Below, piece by piece: positions 8,291 through 18,028 of a stretch of 64,000 nucleotides of DNA (position 1 is its first letter; each line of letters starts with the position of its first letter). A model generated the notes under the pieces. That model had not been told where the DNA came from and made no database searches. It saw nothing but the letters and a program-made list of their open reading frames with translations. The DNA comes from a virus (lineage: Duplodnaviria; Caudoviricetes). The translations under genes and the position numbers were made by a program. The DNA is taken from positions 25,781-89,780 of IMG/VR virus record IMGVR_UViG_3300005573_000075; one strand, written 5' to 3'.

Positions 8291-9954
8291 ATTTAAAATT
8301 TTTGTTTAAAAAAATAAGCGAATACCTAGACAAAAATTTAAATAGAGAAGAAACTGTCGACCCTCACGAGTTAGAAATGGGTATTAAAGAAGAAATGGAA
8401 CATACCGATGATCCAGAAATAGCTAAGGAAATAGCATTAGACCATTTAGAAGAGCATCCTAATTATTATACAAAATTAAAAGAAGTTTTCTCTACTTTAA
8501 ATAAGAAAGCACAGGCGTATCAAATTACTGTGAATGACAAAATTTACGATATAGATATTACTCAAGAAGTTGATACTACTAATGAAAACTCTGTTATAAA
8601 ATATTACATTACGTTTAAAGAGTATCCTGATATGTCTTTTGAAATTGAAAATGCAGAAGAAATTCCTGAGCCGGAATTGAAAGATATAATTGTGGATTAT
8701 ATAGTTAATTTTAAAGATTTAGCAATAAAAAGTTATATAGAAGATCAAATTCCGGTAGACCAATCTGATTTCAATTATAAAGATAAGAGAACAGATACTG
8801 AGGATTATTATGACAAATTAGGCCAATCTTTAGATAAACCAAAACCGGATGGTGAAAGTAGCATGCCTGTAAGAGAAAAAAATAAATATCCTTATCCTTC
8901 CACAGGGTGGTACTCAGACATGAGAGGTTCTTCAGAACCACCTTCCGATTATAGCGATAGCAATTATTCAAAAGCTAAGGAAGGAGATTTACGGCCAGAT
9001 TGGGCTACAGAAAGCAAATTTTCTTGGATAGATAAAGATGAGTTATTTAAGTTTATGAAATTATGCAAACTGTTTAAGATTAACAGAGAATTGACAAGAA
9101 ATGCAACTATATATAAATATCTTCCTTTTTTTGTAAAGAATAGTGCATACTACAGGTTATTGGATGCTTATTTAAATATTTTATTTGAGCCAGTGGATAA
9201 TATTATTAATATTAATAATAGTAATAAAAGTATTATTAATTTAGTTGATGCCTTATATGCTAAGGGATATAATAAATCTACAATTAAAAAAGAAGCATAT
9301 AAAGAATTTGAAAAGGAGATTTATTCTGATAATAATATAAAAAAAGAAATTAAACAATATATAAAGTTTAAATTTTCTCCTAGATTACTAATAGCGTCGG
9401 ATATGCGCCCGTATTTAAAAGTAAAGCATATAAAAAATCCTTTAAAAGAAGGGGTTATATTAAATGTTATAGAGGATACCCCTAGCGAGGCCAGGATATA
9501 TGTATATTGGTTATCAGACGATTCATTAGATTTTGTTAATGAAAATGATTTAATAATTACAGGAGAACCTACTTTTGAAGAGATGAAGAAAGTTAATGAA
9601 AAGGAGCAGCAAAAAGTTAGTATGCTTACAATACAAAAGAATCCTTTTAATTGGTATTTAAGCTCTTTCTTGCAAACTTTTAGGGAATTACCTGTAAAAT
9701 ATGCTGAATTTAGAGAATGGGCGAAGGATATAAAAGATTATACTTTATTCGATAGTTTAGAAACTTTTTTGATAGGTACTAATTTAGTTAATATTACGCC
9801 AGGGTTGACAAAATTAAATGCTAAAAAAGTGGTGTATGTTTCTTCTGATAATGCAACTAAAGTTATTGAATTAGGGGAGGGCGAAGAACCTCCTGAGAAA
9901 ATAACAGATGATGCAGGAAAAGAGTATTCTAAAATCGGAGAAAAGAATGAATGA
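8287..9954 (+). CDS. Mosaic protein with N-terminal DUF5661-like domain
   Basis: HELEMGIKEEMEHTDDPEIAKEIALDHLEEHPNYYTKL signature, followed by unrelated segments. Confidence 0.7.
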   Translation: MNLKFLFKKISEYLDKNLNREETVDPHELEMGIKEEMEHTDDPEIAKEIALDHLEEHPNYYTKLKEVFSTLNKKAQAYQITVNDKIYDIDITQEVDTTNENSVIKYYITFKEYPDMSFEIENAEEIPEPELKDIIVDYIVNFKDLAIKSYIEDQIPVDQSDFNYKDKRTDTEDYYDKLGQSLDKPKPDGESSMPVREKNKYPYPSTGWYSDMRGSSEPPSDYSDSNYSKAKEGDLRPDWATESKFSWIDKDELFKFMKLCKLFKINRELTRNATIYKYLPFFVKNSAYYRLLDAYLNILFEPVDNIININNSNKSIINLVDALYAKGYNKSTIKKEAYKEFEKEIYSDNNIKKEIKQYIKFKFSPRLLIASDMRPYLKVKHIKNPLKEGVILNVIEDTPSEARIYVYWLSDDSLDFVNENDLIITGEPTFEEMKKVNEKEQQKVSMLTIQKNPFNWYLSSFLQTFRELPVKYAEFREWAKDIKDYTLFDSLETFLIGTNLVNITPGLTKLNAKKVVYVSSDNATKVIELGEGEEPPEKITDDAGKEYSKIGEKNE

Positions 9955-11251
9955 TGCAGAAAAAATAATAGCTATTGATTTTGATAATGTTATTGCCAAA
10001 GAGGAAGAAAATGGTAAAATAGGCGAAGAAATTCCTTATGCCTGTGAAACTATTAAAAAATTAACTGAAGAAGGGTGGAAAATATATATTCATTCACACC
10101 GCGCTGCAGATCCTAAAGAAAAAATGAATATGGAAGTTTGGTTAAATTCAAGGGGATTAAATATTCCTATTATGGAGAAACCATTTGCCAGATTTTATAT
10201 TGATGATAGAGCTATAGAGTTTAATGATTGGAATAAAGTATATGATAGATTAAAAAATGATATTCCTGTATCTGTAATAAAAACTCCGATAACTACTATT
10301 TTACCTGGCATTGAAGAGCATATTAAAATGTTGGATACTCCATATTTAAATGAATCAGATTATATAGCAATAATTAATAGATTAAAAAATTTATATGGGA
10401 TAAATGTAACTTATGAGGAATTTGAAAAATATAATTCCCAATATCTTTGGGATTCAAAGATATTGAGATTAGCTAATAAATTATCAGCTAATTATATTCA
10501 AGAAGGGGATAGCGTTTTAATATTGCATGGTAAATATTTAGGGGAATTAGGCACAGTGTATAGCATAAAAGATAGCGAAGCAGAGATTATATGCGATAGC
10601 AATAATAAATTTTTGAGATTTGAAGATTATATGAATAAGCTTAAATATTTCCCATATATATTTAAAAAAGCCTGCAAAGGCCCTTCTAAACTAGTTAATA
10701 AATATTATCCGAATGGATTATCTATAGAAAAGATATCTAAATATTATAAAGATAATTTTCCCATGATATATTCTTATTTTGAAGATCCTAAAATTATCGG
10801 AGTTTTTGATGTGTATGGTTCTTTATATCGTATGGCAATAGAAGATATTAATGATATAAATATGGATAGATTAAGAGGGGTATACAATATAATACCAAAT
10901 AATAGATGCTATCAACCATTGAGAATTAGGAGGGGGCCTAGATTTTTTGGAGAGTTTAAAAATTCATTAGCAGATTTGATATGCGCATTATCTCCATATG
11001 TAATAGATTTTAAGTTAAGTATAGAGGGGGATAAAGGGGTTATATTATATTTACTATTTGATAAACAAGTTAATGAAGAACTATTATCGAATTTAAAAGA
11101 AGTATTGAAAGATTTTAAACATATGGATATAGACGATAATATTAAAGTGGTTCCAGCTATAGATTCGATAGATGTTAATACGGGATTAATTAATAAAAAA
11201 GTGTCACTGGAAGACTATAATTACCCTATTGCGACAATTGAAGGGGAATAA
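9908..11251 (+). CDS. HAD-superfamily phosphatase fused to a KOW/SH3-like domain and an unknown C-terminus
   Basis: IAIDFDNVI (motif I), IHSHR (II), KP (III), YIDDR (IV); QEGDSVLILHGKYLGELGTV is KOW-like. True start may be the ATG near 9950. Confidence 0.75.
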   Translation: MMQEKSILKSEKRMNDAEKIIAIDFDNVIAKEEENGKIGEEIPYACETIKKLTEEGWKIYIHSHRAADPKEKMNMEVWLNSRGLNIPIMEKPFARFYIDDRAIEFNDWNKVYDRLKNDIPVSVIKTPITTILPGIEEHIKMLDTPYLNESDYIAIINRLKNLYGINVTYEEFEKYNSQYLWDSKILRLANKLSANYIQEGDSVLILHGKYLGELGTVYSIKDSEAEIICDSNNKFLRFEDYMNKLKYFPYIFKKACKGPSKLVNKYYPNGLSIEKISKYYKDNFPMIYSYFEDPKIIGVFDVYGSLYRMAIEDINDINMDRLRGVYNIIPNNRCYQPLRIRRGPRFFGEFKNSLADLICALSPYVIDFKLSIEGDKGVILYLLFDKQVNEELLSNLKEVLKDFKHMDIDDNIKVVPAIDSIDVNTGLINKKVSLEDYNYPIATIEGE

Positions 11252-11676
11252 TGGAATTAGAGGAATATAAAGAAAAACGAGATTGGACCAAAACTCCTGA
11301 ACCAAAGGGAGATGGATCTAAAGTCTCTAAATTAGTTATCCAGCAACATGAAGCCAAAAGGGCGGGGAACCATTACGATTGGAGAATCCCGTATAAAGGG
11401 GTATTAAAGTCTTTTGTAACTAAAAAATTACCTAAAAAGGGAGAAAAGATATTAGCAATTCCTACAGAGGATCATCCATTAGCTTATGCCTCCTTCGAGG
11501 GGGAAATACCTGAGGGTACATATGGAGCGGGGAAAGTGACTAAAAAAGGAGAGTATTCTTTTAAACTTAATGAATTCTCCTCCTCCAAAATTTCATTTGA
11601 AATTTTGGAGGAGGATATGGAAGGAAAATATACTTTAATAAAATTTAAAAATGGATTTTTAATGCACAGGGGTTAA
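11251..11676 (+). CDS. ligD: Stand-alone LigD 3'-phosphoesterase (PE) domain
   Basis: LEEYKEKRDWTKTPEP, VIQQHEA, HYDWR, GVLKS, TEDHP and FEGEIPEGTYGAGKV match the LigD PE signature. The symbol refers to the PE domain only. Confidence 0.92.
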   Translation: MELEEYKEKRDWTKTPEPKGDGSKVSKLVIQQHEAKRAGNHYDWRIPYKGVLKSFVTKKLPKKGEKILAIPTEDHPLAYASFEGEIPEGTYGAGKVTKKGEYSFKLNEFSSSKISFEILEEDMEGKYTLIKFKNGFLMHRG

Positions 11677-11682
11677 AAAAAC

Positions 11683-13074
11683 ATGGCAGAATTTGATGCA
11701 TATATAGAGACTGTAGTTAAAAGTGCGTATCCTGGTACCGGAAAAGAAGATGTCATTGCAAGAATAACGTACGATACTTTTTTAAAATATACTTATTTGG
11801 TTAGCCAGCATTATTTTGATATAGACATTATGAAGTTATCCACCAGTTTCCCAAAAATTACACCGCAAGAATCTACAGTATTGCAAGAGAATATTAATAA
11901 TCGAATAAAAGAAGACCTGGTAGAGCCTACGGTAAAAGAAATTATCTCGGAAGATTTTAGTAAAAAGATGATAGAGAAAAAGAAAGATTATTATGATAAA
12001 GCAAAAGAATTGATAGTATATGACTGGATTGCTGAAGGGGTTAAACAAATAGGGAAGAAGAAAGAAAATAATTTAGAAGGATATAAAAATACTTTAAAAG
12101 AAGATATTTCACATAGAATAAGTAGATTAATCCCTAATAAAGTTCCAAATATTAGAAGTATTTTAAATAAGATATATTCTACTATAATGTTGACATATTA
12201 TCATGATGAGATTCAAAATACCATAATAGAAATAATTCAAAATTCCAGAGAAATATTGCAACCTTTAATTAAAACTTTAGAGGATTATAAGGATGAAACT
12301 TTTAGAGGGTTAAATTTTTCCGATCCTAATAGTGTAAAAAGTTATTTTATAGATAAGCAACCGATAGTTGTAAATATGTTAAAGAATAATATTCAAGATA
12401 CTGATATACTTGTAGCTAAAAATGCGCAAGAGGCATATAGCATACATCAATTAATAGCTTTGTATATATACGGTAATTTAAAATCAAAAATAGGGGATCC
12501 TACATTTATAAAAAGATTACCGGTAGTGAAAAGATCATTAGAATATTATGAAAGTCTTTTCACTACAACAGCGGGATTAGCTAGTATGTATACCGCTATT
12601 TCTGTTTTATACGCCCCAGGAACTACAAGGGATAGAACTAAGGAACAGATAGTGGAGAATAAAAAGGAAGAATTTGCTAGATTAGAGCAAGTTTTTGTGG
12701 ATAAAACACAACAAAAAGAAGTAGCAAGACTAATGTCTATCCCAATAAAGGAAGATGCCCCTGAAAAGTTAGGTAGAGTTAGGGCATTATTTATTACTTG
12801 GATTTCAGATTTAATGTATGAAACACGAGAAAATTTTTATGCTGCAAAAACGCCAGAAGAAGCTAAAAATGTATTAGAAGATTTTAAAAATAAAGTAGAG
12901 AAATATAAAACTGATTATAAAGTTATACAAGGATTAGAACAAAAAGAATTAGAAGCTATATATACCCCACCTGCAGGTCCTACTTATTTAGGTAAACCTA
13001 AGCATAGAGGGATAAATATATTGGAAGAGTACGAAAAAAACATTTCTAAATTACTATTGGAGGCGGAATTATGA
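11683..13074 (+). CDS. Hypothetical helical protein
   Basis: 463-aa ORF, operonic spacing. Confidence 0.65.
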   Translation: MAEFDAYIETVVKSAYPGTGKEDVIARITYDTFLKYTYLVSQHYFDIDIMKLSTSFPKITPQESTVLQENINNRIKEDLVEPTVKEIISEDFSKKMIEKKKDYYDKAKELIVYDWIAEGVKQIGKKKENNLEGYKNTLKEDISHRISRLIPNKVPNIRSILNKIYSTIMLTYYHDEIQNTIIEIIQNSREILQPLIKTLEDYKDETFRGLNFSDPNSVKSYFIDKQPIVVNMLKNNIQDTDILVAKNAQEAYSIHQLIALYIYGNLKSKIGDPTFIKRLPVVKRSLEYYESLFTTTAGLASMYTAISVLYAPGTTRDRTKEQIVENKKEEFARLEQVFVDKTQQKEVARLMSIPIKEDAPEKLGRVRALFITWISDLMYETRENFYAAKTPEEAKNVLEDFKNKVEKYKTDYKVIQGLEQKELEAIYTPPAGPTYLGKPKHRGINILEEYEKNISKLLLEAEL

Positions 13075-13808
13075 TAAATTTTAAAGTTGGGCAAGTGGTA
13101 TCGATACCTAACGATAACCGAGCAATGATTATTATAGGTTGGAATGATAATAAAGCGGATGAGTTATATATGATCCCTTTAAATGATGTCAATACCCACG
13201 AAATGACTAATGTCATTTCGGCAGGTATAAATGACATAACGCCTATAATGACAACTGATATAAATGAAGAGGACATTATAGACGTTGAAAATATTCCTGC
13301 GAAGGTTGTAAATGCGACTAATAAAGAATTAGGGTATATAGATGTTAAATATTATCATAACCCGGTAATATACACTTTAAAAATAGCTTCTTTAAATTTA
13401 TCAAAAAAAGAAGTTACTAAAGATATTGAATTATGCAAACATTGCGGTTTTGTAGTTTTTAAAGATAGCAATACCAAATGCCCGTATGAGAATATTTCTG
13501 AGTATAAACAAGAGCTTCCTAAAGAAAGGATAGAAGCTACCTCAGTATTAAAAAAGATTTTGAATGGCATGGACATAAAAGATTATATTCCTAAAAAAGA
13601 AGCTAAAAAAGAGGAGTATGACCCCTATGTTATAGATTATTCCGAGGAATTAGAGATAGGCACAAAAGTAAGAAAATTTAGTTCTTTGAAAGAGGGAATT
13701 ATAATTAGCAGAGTTAATAATCAATATGTTGTAGATTGGGAAGGAATTCAGGAATCTTGTTGGGGTCAGGAATTGCTTCCAATAGTGGAGTATAAAAATC
13801 CAAATTAA
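13071..13808 (+). CDS. Hypothetical protein with SH3/KOW-like segments and a CxxC..C motif
   Basis: FKVGQVVSIP, CKHCG...CPY, LEIGTKVRKF...YVVDWEG. Confidence 0.55.
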   Translation: MINFKVGQVVSIPNDNRAMIIIGWNDNKADELYMIPLNDVNTHEMTNVISAGINDITPIMTTDINEEDIIDVENIPAKVVNATNKELGYIDVKYYHNPVIYTLKIASLNLSKKEVTKDIELCKHCGFVVFKDSNTKCPYENISEYKQELPKERIEATSVLKKILNGMDIKDYIPKKEAKKEEYDPYVIDYSEELEIGTKVRKFSSLKEGIIISRVNNQYVVDWEGIQESCWGQELLPIVEYKNPN

Positions 13809-13809
13809 A

Positions 13810-14850
13810 ATGGGATACACGATACGACCAAATCCGTATGGGCAACCTCTAAACGCAGACGAGGAATTCAAATATATCCGTTCTTTGTTTCCTACTGCGG
13901 AGTGGGTACCTTCTTTGGTCAAAATAGAAGTGGTACCAGGAAAAATTAATACTTTTTTAATTTCTTGGAATTCTGTGCCTTCTGCGGTCTCTTACAAAAT
14001 TCATGTTGGATTCTGCCCTATTTTATCTCAGGCAGTAGATCACATTGAAATCACAACTACATCAGTGGAGTATACCCGAGCTGCAGTATTGCCAAATGAT
14101 GCTTTCCCATATGTTTGGGTAGAATGGGTAGATTCTAATGGCAGTTCTAGTTTGATAAATCAAGATCCTGCTTCATTAGATACCGCGTATAATACTTTCG
14201 ATGTAAATTATAGCCCTTTGGAACAGGGATATGCTAATTTAACTATAGATAACAATTATATACGATTTATTCTTCAGGAGATTAGAAGAAGAGAAGTAAC
14301 TATGCTCCAAAACGATGGTGAACCTTTCATATTGTATACTCACCGTTGGGAAGGGAAGAAGTGTAAATGTATCCAAGATTATAGCAAAACCTCTTTAGAT
14401 GGCGATGATTACTATGGTTTTAATACAGAAGATCCTGATAAAGGGGTTAAAATAACCCCAGTGGATACTAATGCTAATCCAACGTACGAGGGGTATTCAC
14501 AATGCAATCTATGTTTTGGAACTGGAATAGCAGGTGGATATTATCATGGGATCCCTTTAATCGCTAGATATGGCAATTTACCGACTAGAGTTAGATTGTT
14601 TGGGGCGGTAGGTATAGAATTCCAAACTTCATTCAATACTTGGACCCTATGGAGTCCAAGATGGCATGAACATGATGTTTTGTATAGACCAGCAACAGGG
14701 GAATATTTTGAGGTAACAGACCCAAAATATGGGACTTGGCGCGCAGTACCATTGCATCAAGAAGCTACGTCTAAAGCTATTCCAAGAAAAGATGTAAGAT
14801 ATTTGCTGACAGATAGTAATATTGATATAGGGGTTTCAGCTAATGGTTAA
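13810..14850 (+). CDS. Putative neck / head-closure protein
   Basis: GKKCKC...CNLCFGTGIAGGYY and WTLWSPRWHEHDV pattern typical of myovirus neck proteins; lies upstream of the tail terminator and sheath. Confidence 0.65.
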   Translation: MGYTIRPNPYGQPLNADEEFKYIRSLFPTAEWVPSLVKIEVVPGKINTFLISWNSVPSAVSYKIHVGFCPILSQAVDHIEITTTSVEYTRAAVLPNDAFPYVWVEWVDSNGSSSLINQDPASLDTAYNTFDVNYSPLEQGYANLTIDNNYIRFILQEIRRREVTMLQNDGEPFILYTHRWEGKKCKCIQDYSKTSLDGDDYYGFNTEDPDKGVKITPVDTNANPTYEGYSQCNLCFGTGIAGGYYHGIPLIARYGNLPTRVRLFGAVGIEFQTSFNTWTLWSPRWHEHDVLYRPATGEYFEVTDPKYGTWRAVPLHQEATSKAIPRKDVRYLLTDSNIDIGVSANG

Positions 14851-15436
14851 TAAGTATATCATTCATGGTTCAAATTATATTAAAAAGGTAACCGTCGCTG
14901 CATTGCGTCAAATATACGCAATGCAGGAAGAGTTCCCTATATACAAATACAACGACGATACTTCTGCGACTAACATATTGATATATGGCTACTATCCCCC
15001 AACAGCCATGGCGTTACCGTTGCTGGTGGTGAGGAGTCAGAGTTCTACATATCATAGAGCAATTAGTGATATTCAGGGTGGATTTGACGAGAAAATAGAT
15101 ATAGTAGATGGTGAGGCGGTTACAAAAAAGTATGCGTTTGGGTTCATTGAAAGTACATTATACATAGATATTAATACTTTCACTGATGAGGATCGTAATG
15201 CTTTAACTGATTTAACTGCTTTTTATATTAGATACATATTCCCAGATGTTTTATTTAAATATGGAATAGGATTTAATAGTGCAAGCATTACCGGTGAAAC
15301 TGAAAAAGATTGGTCCGGTAAGAGAATTTTTGCTAATAGTGTACAAATGAAGGTGTACACAGAAGTTCAATACAATAGAATAGATCCGTTAATTTATATC
15401 GAAAAATTGAATTTGACATTGCAAAGTTATATTTAA
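14843..15436 (+). CDS. Putative tail completion / terminator protein
   Basis: Position immediately before the sheath; size and beta-rich pattern fit. Confidence 0.55.
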   Translation: MVNKYIIHGSNYIKKVTVAALRQIYAMQEEFPIYKYNDDTSATNILIYGYYPPTAMALPLLVVRSQSSTYHRAISDIQGGFDEKIDIVDGEAVTKKYAFGFIESTLYIDINTFTDEDRNALTDLTAFYIRYIFPDVLFKYGIGFNSASITGETEKDWSGKRIFANSVQMKVYTEVQYNRIDPLIYIEKLNLTLQSYI

Positions 15437-15448
15437 AGGAGGAAAAAG

Positions 15449-16660
15449 ATGGCAACATTCACAGGAGGTTTTGTAAAACCAGGAGTTTATGTAAAGGAGA
15501 TATTTGAAAGTCAGGCTACGGGATTGCCCGGATACTTTATGCCAATAGTGATAGGGCATACTGAAAAAACAGGAGAAGGGATATACCAAGTAAAACAATT
15601 AAGCGCGATAGATGCAAATAATAATGCTGCCGCTATATATGGTACTTATTCTGTAGAAAGTGGAGATGTAGTAAATGGTTCTAAAATTAAAAATAGTATT
15701 TCACTAGCAGAATCTATATTAAAATCTAATGGTATTACTGAATATTATGCATTAGCGCTTAATCCTACTGATGAAGTTACAAATCAGCCGTTAGATTTAA
15801 CTACAGAATCAGGATTAAAAACTTCATTTGAACAAGCATTAAATAAATTATTGCTTTTTGGGGATGCTTCACCTTTATATTGTATAATCCCATTATTTCC
15901 CATGAGTAAAACATTTAATAAACTAAGTTTAGATGCATTAATGGGACATATAGAATTTACTAGGAGTATAGAAGAGCAGAAGCCTAGAATAGCTATAATT
16001 GGGAATAAAACAGGCTCAGATACCGGTGCCAATGCTTATCAGCAATATATAGATACAGCTACATATATAAAGAGTCCCTTTATAGCATATGTATCCCCTT
16101 CAACAGCAACTTATGCTATAGGTTCCAATATGGAAAATATTGGGGGTGAATTTATAGCATCCGCAGTGGGGGCTAATGCTTGTAATCCTACAGAAGACCC
16201 TGCTATGCCTATTTCAGGAAAAACTGTAAGAGGATTTAATACTATAGTAGACCCCTTCCCACTTTCTACCAAAAAAACTATGGCAGAAAGTGGTGTGCTG
16301 ATAGTGGATGCATCGGATAATAATAGAATCTTAATGGACCTTACTACTGATCAATCACAGATCGTTATCTCACAAATAAAATTTATAAAAGTAGCTGATT
16401 ATGTGGGGAAAGTATTAAGGACTTCATTAAAATCGTTGTATATAAATACCAAGTATTTAGGAGCGGTTACATTAAATGCAATTACTGTATCATTGAGAAC
16501 TTTACTCCAAACTATGGCAAGTAATCAGATTATATTAGATTATACCATAGTTAGTGTTGCTCCTGATCCGGCGGATATAAGACAAATAAATATAGTAATA
16601 GGTATTAGGCCGGTACCTGATGTAACTTGGATTTACGTTCAACTTAATGTATCTTTGTAA
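15449..16660 (+). CDS. Contractile tail sheath protein
   Basis: N-terminal KPGVYVKE motif; C-terminal KVADYVGKVLR...NQIILDY...APDPADIRQINIVIGIRPV sheath signature; strong SD. Confidence 0.88.
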   Translation: MATFTGGFVKPGVYVKEIFESQATGLPGYFMPIVIGHTEKTGEGIYQVKQLSAIDANNNAAAIYGTYSVESGDVVNGSKIKNSISLAESILKSNGITEYYALALNPTDEVTNQPLDLTTESGLKTSFEQALNKLLLFGDASPLYCIIPLFPMSKTFNKLSLDALMGHIEFTRSIEEQKPRIAIIGNKTGSDTGANAYQQYIDTATYIKSPFIAYVSPSTATYAIGSNMENIGGEFIASAVGANACNPTEDPAMPISGKTVRGFNTIVDPFPLSTKKTMAESGVLIVDASDNNRILMDLTTDQSQIVISQIKFIKVADYVGKVLRTSLKSLYINTKYLGAVTLNAITVSLRTLLQTMASNQIILDYTIVSVAPDPADIRQINIVIGIRPVPDVTWIYVQLNVSL

Positions 16661-16672
16661 TAGGAGGATAAA

Positions 16673-17302
16673 ATGGCTTTTATGATACCACGAACATTAG
16701 CAAGGTTAAGACCTTATTTTTCATTAGAAATAGGAAGTTATAGCCCTAAGTATGACTTTACTACTCCTGAACCTGTAATCCCGGATAGTTCAACAGGAGA
16801 TTCTGTAACCTACAACCCAGTGGGAACAGTGCAAGAAGTAGATATAACAGAATCAAGAGAAACCCAATTATGGAGAGCAGCCGCTGGAGATCCTACAACT
16901 AATCTTAGTTGGGTAGGAGTAGAGAATGTGCCAGGAATACCGTCATATTCTTTAAAAATGTCTAAAATATTATTGTATGCAAAAAAAATAAGTGATACAT
17001 TTTATCCTGATAGCTTTTCTCTTGAAGCTCAATTAGAAGCAGGATATAACAATGGGTTTGATATACTTGCACAGTATAAACCTATAGCTATTAAACTTAA
17101 TGCATATGCTCCTACTTCAGGAGACAGTACCATTACTTTACCTTCTATGTCCATGTATTTTTACAATTGTTGGTTTAAAAATTTTCCGTTGAGATTTTCT
17201 GTAGCTGCAGAAGGTAGGGATATGTTAATGATACAGGAAATAGAGTGTAGTGTGGCTTTGGTTAAGGTAGAAGGTACTGGGAGCATAAAAACAAAAAAGT
17301 AG
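16673..17302 (+). CDS. Tail tube protein 1
   Basis: Follows the sheath; VGTVQEVDITESRETQ and YFYNCWF tube-like motifs. Confidence 0.7.
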   Translation: MAFMIPRTLARLRPYFSLEIGSYSPKYDFTTPEPVIPDSSTGDSVTYNPVGTVQEVDITESRETQLWRAAAGDPTTNLSWVGVENVPGIPSYSLKMSKILLYAKKISDTFYPDSFSLEAQLEAGYNNGFDILAQYKPIAIKLNAYAPTSGDSTITLPSMSMYFYNCWFKNFPLRFSVAAEGRDMLMIQEIECSVALVKVEGTGSIKTKK

Positions 17303-17353
17303 ATTTGTAATATATTTTAATTTTGTTCATTTTGCTTTGCAAAGTAAGTTAAG

Positions 17354-18028
17354 GTGGCACAGATGGCTAAAGTAAAACTACCCCGGACGCTAGCAAGGAT
17401 TCCGCAATCTTGCGTAATCCTTGCGTCGTCGTTGGGGAATGTTGATTTTAGAAGTTTACTTATAGATAAGCTACAAAATGCATTTATACCATCTACAGCT
17501 GCAAAAGATATAGCAACAATATTGTTAGCTAATATTGAATTATCTTACTTAGGGTTTTTACAGGATTTCAGTATTATCCAAACCAGAACGGTCAAATCTG
17601 TATATAAATTAGGGGAATATGAACCTAGTGTTAATATCCCTCAAAATGTAACATATACAGGGAAGGCTAAAAGAGTATGGGTATACGAACCTAATACACG
17701 ACCGTCACCTAAAACAGCGGCCACTTTCGAGCAAAACTTGGGTTTTGCTCCGGGGATTAAGAATCAATTAGCTCCTTTTATAATTGTGCAAAGATTGTAT
17801 AGTCCCCCAGTTAAGCCCACTACAGATGATTGGGATTGGGATGTAGAGAATATGCTAATATATCTTGATTGTTGGTTTACTAAAATTGATTGGAAATGGG
17901 ATTATACCGGAAGTGATAAATTTTACACTACTGAAGATGTTGACTTCACAATAGGAAAAATGCTAACATTAAATAGTTTCCCTAAGGGAGGGGGACGACT
18001 TAATGTACATAAAATAACGGAGAAATGA
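17354..18028 (+). CDS. Tail tube-like protein 2 (paralog)
   Basis: Shares PRTLAR and (Y/L)xCWF with tube 1; GFLQDFSIIQTRTVKSVYKLG. Confidence 0.6.
   Translation: MAQMAKVKLPRTLARIPQSCVILASSLGNVDFRSLLIDKLQNAFIPSTAAKDIATILLANIELSYLGFLQDFSIIQTRTVKSVYKLGEYEPSVNIPQNVTYTGKAKRVWVYEPNTRPSPKTAATFEQNLGFAPGIKNQLAPFIIVQRLYSPPVKPTTDDWDWDVENMLIYLDCWFTKIDWKWDYTGSDKFYTTEDVDFTIGKMLTLNSFPKGGGRLNVHKITEK

Noticed and set aside
11028-11050. Extra copies of the late motif (ATAAAGGGGTTATATTAT near 11030; similar near 14443, 26250 and 54225)
   Set aside because: They lack the GACA half or the TATAAT box and are plausible by chance in AT-rich coding DNA.
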